34,674 nucleotides of DNA, from IMG/VR virus record IMGVR_UViG_3300032257_000074, positions 1-34,674 of that record. The stretch is one strand, 5' to 3'. Source of the DNA: a virus (lineage: Duplodnaviria > Caudoviricetes). Positions 1 through 7,624 of this stretch are shown piece by piece. Position numbers and translations under genes: made by a program. The stretch's first letter is position 1, and each line of letters opens with the position of its first letter. Below the pieces are notes generated by a model that was not told the DNA's origin, did no database searches, and worked only from the letters and a program-made list of their open reading frames with translations.

Positions 1-2
1 CA

Positions 3-278
3 TTACAATGGCCTAGAATTAATTTCAGTTTAGATGGTTATGTAATAGCGTCTGACTCAATCCCTGTATTGCTCAAAGATGCTTTATGTGAAACCGCTAT
101 AGGTATAGACGCGGGTAATGACCCACTACTACCAGAAGAACGGGCAACAAAAACCGAATCAGTTGGCGACATATCTGTCACCTATATGGATGATTCAAGA
201 AACTTCACTTATTTAAAAACGGTAGACGCTAAACTTAGTAAGCTAATCAATCAAAGTTTAAGGTCTTATCGTGTCTAA
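3..278 (+). CDS. Head-tail adaptor (DnaT-like/gp8-type), C-terminal part; continues from 34453 across the junction
   Basis: Frame is open from position 3 (LQWPRINFSLDGYVIASDSIP...KTESVGDISVTY); joins MATITVETGTG...QALQWPR; position after the capsid gene. Confidence 0.8.
   Translation, partial: LQWPRINFSLDGYVIASDSIPVLLKDALCETAIGIDAGNDPLLPEERATKTESVGDISVTYMDDSRNFTYLKTVDAKLSKLINQSLRSYRV
4..29. repeat. Terminal overlap, left copy (26 nt); circularity signature
   Basis: tacaatggcctagaattaatttcagt at 4-29 is identical to 34649-34674. Confidence 0.9.
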
Positions 279-627
279 GTTTTACGAAAATCTGCAAAAT
301 ACAGCGTCTAGGCTTTTAAAGTCTAAAGGACAAAGCTTGTCTTTTACTCGCAACGTAGAAACGGCCTTTAATCCGGCGACAGGGGTTAAGACTAATTCAG
401 ATTTTAGTTTTACGGCTTATGGTGCGGCCTTCGATTACAAATTAAGCGAGATTGACGGCACTGTAATAGAGGCTGGCGATATTCGTTTAATGCTGGAAAA
501 GACAACTAATGCACCGTTAAAGGGTGATTCTGTTAAAGTTGATACAGTTAATTATAGGGTGATGGACGTTATGAAGTCATCACCGGCTGGCACTATTACG
601 CATTACACTTGCAGGCTAAGAAAATGA
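271..627 (+). CDS. Head closure / head-tail joining protein
   Basis: 118 aa, FNPATG...IDGTVIEAGD motif, neck position. Confidence 0.65.
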   Translation: MSKFYENLQNTASRLLKSKGQSLSFTRNVETAFNPATGVKTNSDFSFTAYGAAFDYKLSEIDGTVIEAGDIRLMLEKTTNAPLKGDSVKVDTVNYRVMDVMKSSPAGTITHYTCRLRK

Positions 628-1013
628 GCTTTAGCGGTGATTTTAAAAGGTTTACTGAGAAAGCAGAGGCGGCGGCGGAAAAGGTTTTTCGTGGTACAGC
701 TTTGGATATTGCGGGAAAAATAATGCAGCGCAGTCCTGTAGATACTGGGCGTTTCCGCAGTAATTGGCAAACAGCATTAAATACAATACCGTCTGGTATA
801 ACTGAAGGCACAGCCCAAAATGCTATGTCTAAGGCTAAATCAACAACAGCAAAGGCAACGCCGAAAGACTCGATTTATTTTATTAATAATTTACCGTATT
901 CTTTAAAGTTAGAATATGGTCATAGTAAACAGGCGCCGATGGGGATGGTTAGGCTAACTGTCTCAGAGTTTGATAGAATAATTCAAGCTAACGCATACAA
1001 GGCTAGAAAATGA
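624..1013 (+). CDS. HK97 gp10-like tail completion protein
   Basis: SPVDTGRFRSNW and NNLPYSLKLEYGHSKQAP motifs; ATG at 624 overlaps the upstream stop. Confidence 0.85.
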   Translation: MSFSGDFKRFTEKAEAAAEKVFRGTALDIAGKIMQRSPVDTGRFRSNWQTALNTIPSGITEGTAQNAMSKAKSTTAKATPKDSIYFINNLPYSLKLEYGHSKQAPMGMVRLTVSEFDRIIQANAYKARK

Positions 1014-1426
1014 CTGTTTTTGCTGATATATCCAACGCCCTAGATACGCGATTGAATACATTATCGCCATTGCCTCCTGTTGCATGGCCTAACCGTGAAT
1101 ATATACCTATAGTTGGCACTAAATGGATTAGACCGGCATTATTACCAGCCGACACTATAGCGGCAACCATTGGCGATACATCAAGCACAGACTTAAACAC
1201 AGGTATTTATCAAGTTGATATATTTACCAAAGCGGGTGAAGGCAAAAATGATGCAATGGTACAAGCTGATTTAATTGCAGATCATTTCAAAAGAGATACA
1301 GAATTGACGTATAATGCACATACAGTGGTGATTAAAAATGTAAGTCAATCACCAGCCCAGATTAATAACGGCTGGTTTCAAGTACCGGTCAATATCGAAT
1401 ATTACGCATTTACAGCGGAGCGTTAA
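1010..1426 (+). CDS. Tail terminator-like protein
   Basis: VAWPN and GIYQVDIF...G.G motifs; precedes the tail tube gene. Confidence 0.75.
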   Translation: MTVFADISNALDTRLNTLSPLPPVAWPNREYIPIVGTKWIRPALLPADTIAATIGDTSSTDLNTGIYQVDIFTKAGEGKNDAMVQADLIADHFKRDTELTYNAHTVVIKNVSQSPAQINNGWFQVPVNIEYYAFTAER

Positions 1427-1428
1427 GA

Positions 1429-1584
1429 ATGGGAAAACCTATTAAATTATTTAGCCCTAATGGTGAGAATCAAGTTTTATGTCAATCTATTAGAGTTGAT
1501 TATATGAAAGCTAACGGCTGGACTGAAAAGCCAGTTCAAGAAAATAAACCGGCGAAGGCCGTTAAAAATAAAGGTGATAAATAA
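1429..1584 (+). CDS. Small 51-aa protein upstream of the tail tube gene (not in ORF track)
   Basis: Hand translation MGKPIKLFSPNGENQVLCQSIRVDYMKANGWTEKP...; fills the gap, TAATG overlap with the next gene. Confidence 0.7.
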   Translation: MGKPIKLFSPNGENQVLCQSIRVDYMKANGWTEKPVQENKPAKAVKNKGDK

Positions 1585-1976
1585 TGGCTACATTTAGAGG
1601 CAATGACGGACTAGTAAAAAATGGCGCGAATCAAGTAGCGGAGGTTTTGGATTGGTCGCTATCAGAAGCACACAATACAATTGATGATACGGTATTGGGT
1701 GATACTTCATCGACGCATTTGGGCGGTTTAAATAGCTGGTCAGGGTCAATAAATTGCTATTGGGATGACACAGACACCACAGGGCAAGTGGCTTTCACAA
1801 TCGGCGCAAGCGTTACTCTTAATCTTTTGCCAGAGGGTGCAACTACTGGCGATGCTGAATACACCGGTACGGCGACTATTGTTGGCATTGAACGTGCTGT
1901 AGCTAATGACACGACTGTTACACAATCATTTACCTTCACTGGTAATGGTGATCTTACAATCGGTACAGCAACATAA
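1584..1976 (+). CDS. Major tail tube protein
   Basis: 130 aa; GLNSWSGSINCYWD and SFTFTGNGDL motifs typical of minimal tail tubes; synteny. Confidence 0.85.
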   Translation: MATFRGNDGLVKNGANQVAEVLDWSLSEAHNTIDDTVLGDTSSTHLGGLNSWSGSINCYWDDTDTTGQVAFTIGASVTLNLLPEGATTGDAEYTGTATIVGIERAVANDTTVTQSFTFTGNGDLTIGTAT

Positions 1977-2353
1977 TGGAGCTTAAAGACCTCTATACGG
2001 CTGATAAGCATGAAGATGGTGCAGAAATGCAGGTTTTAGATGAAAATAACAATGAAACTGATATTTATATTAGGATCGCTGGTATGGATTCTCAGGCATG
2101 GCAGGAAGCCACAAGGGATAAGCAGCAAAAGTCATTAACTAGATTATTCAATAAAGACAGTGAAACAAACCGTTTTATGGATGACGTGGATGATATGGTT
2201 AATGCTGCAATCGGCTGGCGCGGTGTTTTAGAGGAAGGCAAAGAATTAGAGTTTTCTAAAGAAAGAGTAAGAAAACTATTTATTCAAGCCCCTTTTATTA
2301 TCGATCAGGCTATTTTATTTGTTAATAACCGCGCAAATTTTACGCGGAGCTAA
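1976..2353 (+). CDS. Tail assembly chaperone (gpG analogue)
   Basis: Lies between the tube and tape measure genes; ends NRANFTRS. Confidence 0.8.
   Translation: MELKDLYTADKHEDGAEMQVLDENNNETDIYIRIAGMDSQAWQEATRDKQQKSLTRLFNKDSETNRFMDDVDDMVNAAIGWRGVLEEGKELEFSKERVRKLFIQAPFIIDQAILFVNNRANFTRS
2335..2341 (+). promoter_or_regulatory. -1 programmed ribosomal frameshift heptamer A AAT TTT
   Basis: In-frame X XXY YYZ heptamer; the -1 frame is open (YAELIGLFTEYARW) into ORF 2383-2682. Confidence 0.8.
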
Positions 2354-2682
2354 TCGGGTTATTTACTGAGTATGCGCGATGGATGATAAAAGCGCACACT
2401 CGGCAAAAAGGCTTTAAGAAATCCCGATTAGCTACAGCCGAGCAAATAAGCAAACGCAGTAAGCAGCCTAATAAACTGTTAATGAGCAAGCCTGATTGTC
2501 CTAAAGAATTGCTTTATTTATGGGCGCTGTATAATGACATATTAAAGGGATGTACTGATATTAGTTATGTTGATATAGCCGCGTATAAAGAATTGACAGG
2601 TAGAAAGCTAAAGCATTGGGAAGTAGATTTAATGATTAATATTGACATAATAAGGCGCAAAGCCGCTAACGAGGACATTTAA
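2341..2682 (+). CDS. Frameshift extension of the tail chaperone (gpT analogue)
   Basis: PDCPKELLYLW...ISYVDIAAY...WEVDL; reached through the -1 frameshift. Confidence 0.75.
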   Translation, partial: YAELIGLFTEYARWMIKAHTRQKGFKKSRLATAEQISKRSKQPNKLLMSKPDCPKELLYLWALYNDILKGCTDISYVDIAAYKELTGRKLKHWEVDLMINIDIIRRKAANEDI

Positions 2683-2684
2683 TC

Positions 2685-4535
2685 ATGGCTACGGACATCG
2701 CTACACTGGGTATAAAAATAGAGGCTGGCGATATTCGCAAAGCAGTAAGCGAACTAGACCGCCTTGAAAATCAATCTAAAAAAACAGAATCAAAGGTAAA
2801 TAAATTACGCCGATCTTTTGGTGGATTGCAAACCGCTATCGGTGCGCTCGGATTAGCTTTGTTAGCCCGTCAAATGATAGGTCAAATAAACACCTATACT
2901 GCATTAAACAATAAATTAAAATTAGTTACAAAAGGCACTGATGGCCTTGCTAAAGCCCATGCAGATTTATTCGACATAGCGCAAGATACGCGCGGATCAT
3001 TAGAGGGTACTATAGATCTTTATTCTCGTTTAGCTCGATCGACTCAAGAATTAGATATATCAAGCGAAAGACTCAACAACGTAACTAAAACCGTAAACCA
3101 GACTATCGCTTTATCCGGTGCTAGTGCTTCAACCGCACAGGCCGCACTATTCCAATTAGGCCAAGGATTGGGGGCGGGTGCCTTACGCGGTGAAGAACTA
3201 AACTCAGTTTTAGAAGGTACGCCAGAGCTTGCGAGAGCTATTGCGACAGGTTTGGGCGTTACTATTGCTGGTTTGCGTGAAATGGGCGCGGCTGGTGAAT
3301 TAACAGCGGTTAAAGTTATAGGCGCATTAGAGAAGCAATCAGAGTCAGTAAATAAAGAGTATCAGCAAACAGCAAAAACAGTTACTCAGGCCATGACCCA
3401 AATCGAAAACGTAGCTCTAAAAACTTTCGGCTCATTAGATAGCTCAGAATTAATCGATTCGATGGACGAATTAAGAAAGATTATTTCAGATCCCGCTATC
3501 GTTTCAGGCTTGCAGTCTATTGGCTCGGTCATGCTTAATATTGTTAATTTAGGTGTTCAGGCCGCCGCAGGTTGGGGGATGATCTTTGATAAAATCCTAG
3601 GTCAAGACAACGCCGACAAAATAAAGAATATTAATAGGCAGATAGAAGACCAACTCGCTTTAATTGGTAGATTAAACAATCAATCACGCGCGGCTAATTG
3701 GATTGACAATCAATTTGGAATGACTCAGCAAGAAAAAATAGATCAAGCCATAGCAAAAGTTAAGCAGCTTGCAGTCGAAAAAGAGAAATTAAATGCGCCT
3801 ACTGATGGCGGTGGCGCTACTGGTTCGAGTGAATCAGGCAGTGGATCGGTGGTCGAACCACTAGAAATGCCATCACCAGAGGAAGACCCCGCGTATATTC
3901 AGGCATTATTAGTTAATGGTTTACTAATTCAAGCAGACCAAGAAAGAACAAGAGCAGCGGAAGAGGAAGCCAAGATTAGGGCGGCTAATGAAATGGCTGC
4001 TAATCAAATGCAATTGTCATCGGCTCAGACAATGTATTCTGCGTTATCTGGTTTGATTGCCGCTACTGGAAACGAAAGCAAAGGCATACAATTAGCAATG
4101 ATCGCTTTCGAGAAGGGACTTGCTATTGCTCAGTCAATTATTAATACTCAAGTAGGTGTCACAAAGGCACTATCTGTAGACCCTACAGGAATATTAGCGG
4201 GTCGCGTTCAATTAATGGGTAATATTGCCACAGGATTAATCGCGGCTACGGGAGTCATTCAAGCAGGCAGGGTGGCAGGTCAGGCACATGATGGAATGGA
4301 TGAGATACCCAATACCGGCTCATATATTTTACAAAAAGGTGAGATGGTTATAGATAAAGGCACATCAGACCAAGTGCGAAACAATGTAACCAACAACAAC
4401 GGCGGCGGCACAACTAATATTACGATTCAGGCATGGGATGGCGTGGATGTTGAACGGGTCTTAATGAATAATAAAGAGCTTATACATGGCGCTAACGCTT
4501 CTCAAATGAATGAGTTCGGGCAGTCTTATGGCTGA
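2685..4535 (+). CDS. Tape measure protein (616 aa)
   Basis: QLGQGLGAGALRGEELNSVLE tape-measure motif; Ala/Gly-rich helical sequence. Confidence 0.95.
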   Translation: MATDIATLGIKIEAGDIRKAVSELDRLENQSKKTESKVNKLRRSFGGLQTAIGALGLALLARQMIGQINTYTALNNKLKLVTKGTDGLAKAHADLFDIAQDTRGSLEGTIDLYSRLARSTQELDISSERLNNVTKTVNQTIALSGASASTAQAALFQLGQGLGAGALRGEELNSVLEGTPELARAIATGLGVTIAGLREMGAAGELTAVKVIGALEKQSESVNKEYQQTAKTVTQAMTQIENVALKTFGSLDSSELIDSMDELRKIISDPAIVSGLQSIGSVMLNIVNLGVQAAAGWGMIFDKILGQDNADKIKNINRQIEDQLALIGRLNNQSRAANWIDNQFGMTQQEKIDQAIAKVKQLAVEKEKLNAPTDGGGATGSSESGSGSVVEPLEMPSPEEDPAYIQALLVNGLLIQADQERTRAAEEEAKIRAANEMAANQMQLSSAQTMYSALSGLIAATGNESKGIQLAMIAFEKGLAIAQSIINTQVGVTKALSVDPTGILAGRVQLMGNIATGLIAATGVIQAGRVAGQAHDGMDEIPNTGSYILQKGEMVIDKGTSDQVRNNVTNNNGGGTTNITIQAWDGVDVERVLMNNKELIHGANASQMNEFGQSYG

Positions 4536-5199
4536 TTATCCTAATAGTAATATTAAAACGTCTACTTTCACATCTGAGCAGGAAGTTAAGCGTATTACAT
4601 CAGAAAGTGGGCGCACTCAAACTAGGTTAGTAGGTGGTCAGCGATTTAGTATTAAAATAACTCACGCGCCAATGGCTAAAGCCGATTATATGCCCCTAGA
4701 TGCTTTTATTATGTCTAAGCGTGGCCGTGATATTGCTTTTACTATTACGCTTCCTGACAAGTCTAGTCCTTTGGGTGCGGTGACAGGTTCACCCGTTCTT
4801 AATGGTGGTCGTGCGGCTGGCTCAAATAGTATCGCTATCGATGGCTTGGTTGCTGGTGTCGCTGATGTTTTTTACGCCTCAGATATTATTACATTTGCGA
4901 GTCATACCAAGGTTTATAAAATAGTTGAGACTGTTGATAGTGGCGCGTTAGATTCTATTGAGGATTATTCAGGAACGGCTATTAGTGATTATTCGACAAC
5001 TGATATTCATACCGTCGAATCACAGCAAACAGTCGTAACTATATTCCCGCCATTGGTTGAAGATGTCGCGGACAATTCAGCCGTTACATATAATAATGTC
5101 GAATTTACTGTTAAAATGACAAAAGATGCACAGAATTATAAAGTACAACCACCTAACATCTACCAGAAAAAAGTAGATTTAATCGAGTATATCGCATGA
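4528..5199 (+). CDS. Distal tail protein (T5 pb9-like), paralog 1
   Basis: Follows the tape measure gene; SGR...R..GGQRFS, FTITLPD, FASHTKVY and IFPPL motifs; likely start is MADYP at 4528. Confidence 0.75.
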   Translation: MADYPNSNIKTSTFTSEQEVKRITSESGRTQTRLVGGQRFSIKITHAPMAKADYMPLDAFIMSKRGRDIAFTITLPDKSSPLGAVTGSPVLNGGRAAGSNSIAIDGLVAGVADVFYASDIITFASHTKVYKIVETVDSGALDSIEDYSGTAISDYSTTDIHTVESQQTVVTIFPPLVEDVADNSAVTYNNVEFTVKMTKDAQNYKVQPPNIYQKKVDLIEYIA

Positions 5200-6116
5200 C
5201 CAGAATAAACGACTTTACAGAAACGACAGCGGTTAATGGTGACGATGACGAATATGTACTAATTCAGGGCGCAACTACTCGAAAAGCAAAAGCTAAAAAC
5301 ATAACAGGTGGAATGATTGCTCATGGCGCAGCGGTTAAGGCGTTTTATCGTTATTCCGAAATTTCATTAGGCACTCAAAAATATAGGAAAATATGCACTC
5401 TACCTAACGATATAGGGGGTACGGGCGATAGGGTGCGAATAGATTTTTTTATTGATGTTAGCGCAGGAGATCAAGGCGTAAAAATGTCTATGGAGCTATC
5501 GAACACAGCGCCAGCGGCTAGGCGAGTAGTATCTATACAGGGAACATATACAGGTTCTTTATCTACTAACGGGATAAGAGTATATGACCAAGTGGACGGA
5601 ACATCAGAAGTTTATATTTATCATAGCGGCGCTAGCTATGTTGGTTTAACAGTTGATTTAATATCGTCTGGGTATAATGGTATAGCTACTATTATTCCCC
5701 CGAGTGAAGTGACAAGCACAGGAACAACCCCAACCGGCACACCATCCCTAGACACCACAGCAGCCCCTTATAGTAATGGTGTACCTGATGGTAATGAGGA
5801 TTGGAATACAGCAACATTATTAAATAGCTGGGTATCGTCCGGTACAGCGCCACGATATAGAAGACATAGCAATGGTCTGGTTGAGATACTTGGCACAGTC
5901 GATACAGGCACAGACAATCTACCGATTTTTCAGTTACCGGCTGGATACAGGCCATCAGAGCAATTTTCAGAAATTAAATACCATGATAATGCGACAAATT
6001 CATATGGCTGTCAGGTCTATGTATCTACGGGCGGAAATGTGACTGCTAATATACTTGGCGGAACTAGCGCGGACTATGTTGATCTTGGTCGAATAGTATT
6101 TATGGCAGAGGCTTAA
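5196..6116 (+). CDS. Receptor-binding / side fibre protein 1
   Basis: C-terminal LLNSW...YRRHSNGLVEILG...IFQLPAGYRP beta-sandwich typical of fibre tips. Confidence 0.7.
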   Translation: MTRINDFTETTAVNGDDDEYVLIQGATTRKAKAKNITGGMIAHGAAVKAFYRYSEISLGTQKYRKICTLPNDIGGTGDRVRIDFFIDVSAGDQGVKMSMELSNTAPAARRVVSIQGTYTGSLSTNGIRVYDQVDGTSEVYIYHSGASYVGLTVDLISSGYNGIATIIPPSEVTSTGTTPTGTPSLDTTAAPYSNGVPDGNEDWNTATLLNSWVSSGTAPRYRRHSNGLVEILGTVDTGTDNLPIFQLPAGYRPSEQFSEIKYHDNATNSYGCQVYVSTGGNVTANILGGTSADYVDLGRIVFMAEA

Positions 6117-6455
6117 ATGAATATATTATATTATTTACTAATAACTTATGCCGTAATGGGCGCGACCTTTATTTTTTACGTTGCTATTATGCGACTAAAA
6201 TCTGAATGGGATAGCTTACCTAAAAGACTTAAAATACTGCTTACGCCTTGGGTTATTGTCGGAGTCTTACTAGACTTTGTTTTAAGTCAATTAATGACCC
6301 CGATTATCGGCGGATTAAATCCTTTAAAATGGCAGTTTGCATGGTTACTGAGTAAGCAATTGAAAAAGCACAAAGCGAGAAGTAAAGGCCGTTCTTTGAG
6401 GCTATCTAATGAAATTGGAGGATGGTTAAACATCTTTGATAAAGGTCATTATTAA
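6117..6455 (+). CDS. Small membrane protein in the tail module
   Basis: Two hydrophobic segments; tightly coupled to flanking genes. Confidence 0.65.
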   Translation: MNILYYLLITYAVMGATFIFYVAIMRLKSEWDSLPKRLKILLTPWVIVGVLLDFVLSQLMTPIIGGLNPLKWQFAWLLSKQLKKHKARSKGRSLRLSNEIGGWLNIFDKGHY

Positions 6456-7126
6456 TGGCTGTTTTGCCTTCAAACGCTTATAGTGATTACACCCTTACTA
6501 GCGAGCAGCCGACATTAGTTAATGACTCTGTATCTGGTAAATCTATTGACCGCCACGTAAACGGGCATTTATGGTCATTTAGTATTAATTTCCCTAAACT
6601 CACGGCGCTAGAATTTGCAGAGCTTGACGGGTTCTTGACTGATAAATCGACTTATAAGAGCTTCACTATTACCTTGCCAGATAGAGAGCCACAAGGTATC
6701 GCTACAGGTACGCCATTGGTAAACACTTCGTCAGGTGGCTATGCTAAAGGCTCTAGCTCAATTAATGTCGATGGGTTTACAGTTGCGACTACTGATATAT
6801 TAAAAGCCGGTGATCTATTAAAATTCGCTAATCATACAAAGGTTTATATGAATATAGCCGATGTTGATAGTGGGGCGGCTAATAACTTGACGCTTGAAGA
6901 TGGTAGTGGTGTTTTATTGCTTGAAGATGGCTTTGAGTTATTGCTTGAAGATTCGGGTCAATCGACTTTAACTATTGAGCCGCCACTAATGGAAGCGGTA
7001 GCAGATAACGAGGCATTAACAGTGACTAACGTACCTTTCACCGTATTAAATACCAATAACCATGACTCAGCGGTTACATCACCAATAATTTACGACTTTA
7101 ATTTAAGTCTTATCGAGGATTTATAA
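6455..7126 (+). CDS. Distal tail protein (T5 pb9-like), paralog 2
   Basis: Aligns end to end with 4528-5199 (TSEQ, FTITLPD, HTKVY, VDSGA, PPL, VADN). Confidence 0.75.
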   Translation: MAVLPSNAYSDYTLTSEQPTLVNDSVSGKSIDRHVNGHLWSFSINFPKLTALEFAELDGFLTDKSTYKSFTITLPDREPQGIATGTPLVNTSSGGYAKGSSSINVDGFTVATTDILKAGDLLKFANHTKVYMNIADVDSGAANNLTLEDGSGVLLLEDGFELLLEDSGQSTLTIEPPLMEAVADNEALTVTNVPFTVLNTNNHDSAVTSPIIYDFNLSLIEDL

Positions 7127-7623
7127 TGGCTGATTCTAAAATAAGTGCATTAACAGCAAAAACAGCACCCGTTATAACCGATGAGCTGGTTATTAATGAT
7201 GCCGGTGTTAATAAAAAAGTAGCGGTAGGTGATTTAACAGAAAAAGGGACGTTTACACCTACTTTATACGGACTAACGACAGCGGGAACGCAAACCTATA
7301 CCAACCAAACCGGAAAATACTCTAGAATTGGCAATATTGTTTATATAACTGTCTTTATTGTTATGTCCGCAAAAGATGCGGCCACTAGCGGAGATCTAAG
7401 ATTAGGTGGTATGCCTTATCCTGCGTCTGATTATTCATCAATGAGTATTTCTTATTTATCGAACCTAACGCTAACTAGCTCATATTTTGCAAATGGATTT
7501 ATTCAGACCGGCAGTGATTATGTTCGGTTATTTGAGTCTAACGGAACAACAAGAAACGTACTACAAGATACAGCACTAACAGCGAATACATCGCTTATTC
7601 TGTCTGGATGTTATCAGGCTTAA
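7126..7623 (+). CDS. Receptor-binding / side fibre protein 2
   Basis: MADSKISALT N-terminus; EKGTFTP...GKYSRIGNIV...GGMPY tip domain. Confidence 0.7.
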   Translation: MADSKISALTAKTAPVITDELVINDAGVNKKVAVGDLTEKGTFTPTLYGLTTAGTQTYTNQTGKYSRIGNIVYITVFIVMSAKDAATSGDLRLGGMPYPASDYSSMSISYLSNLTLTSSYFANGFIQTGSDYVRLFESNGTTRNVLQDTALTANTSLILSGCYQA

Positions 7624-7624
7624 T

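Noticed and set aside
4528-7623. Diversity-generating retroelement or invertible tail switch as the explanation for the two RBP units
   Set aside because: No reverse transcriptase or invertase, no near-identical template/variable repeat, and both units have the same orientation
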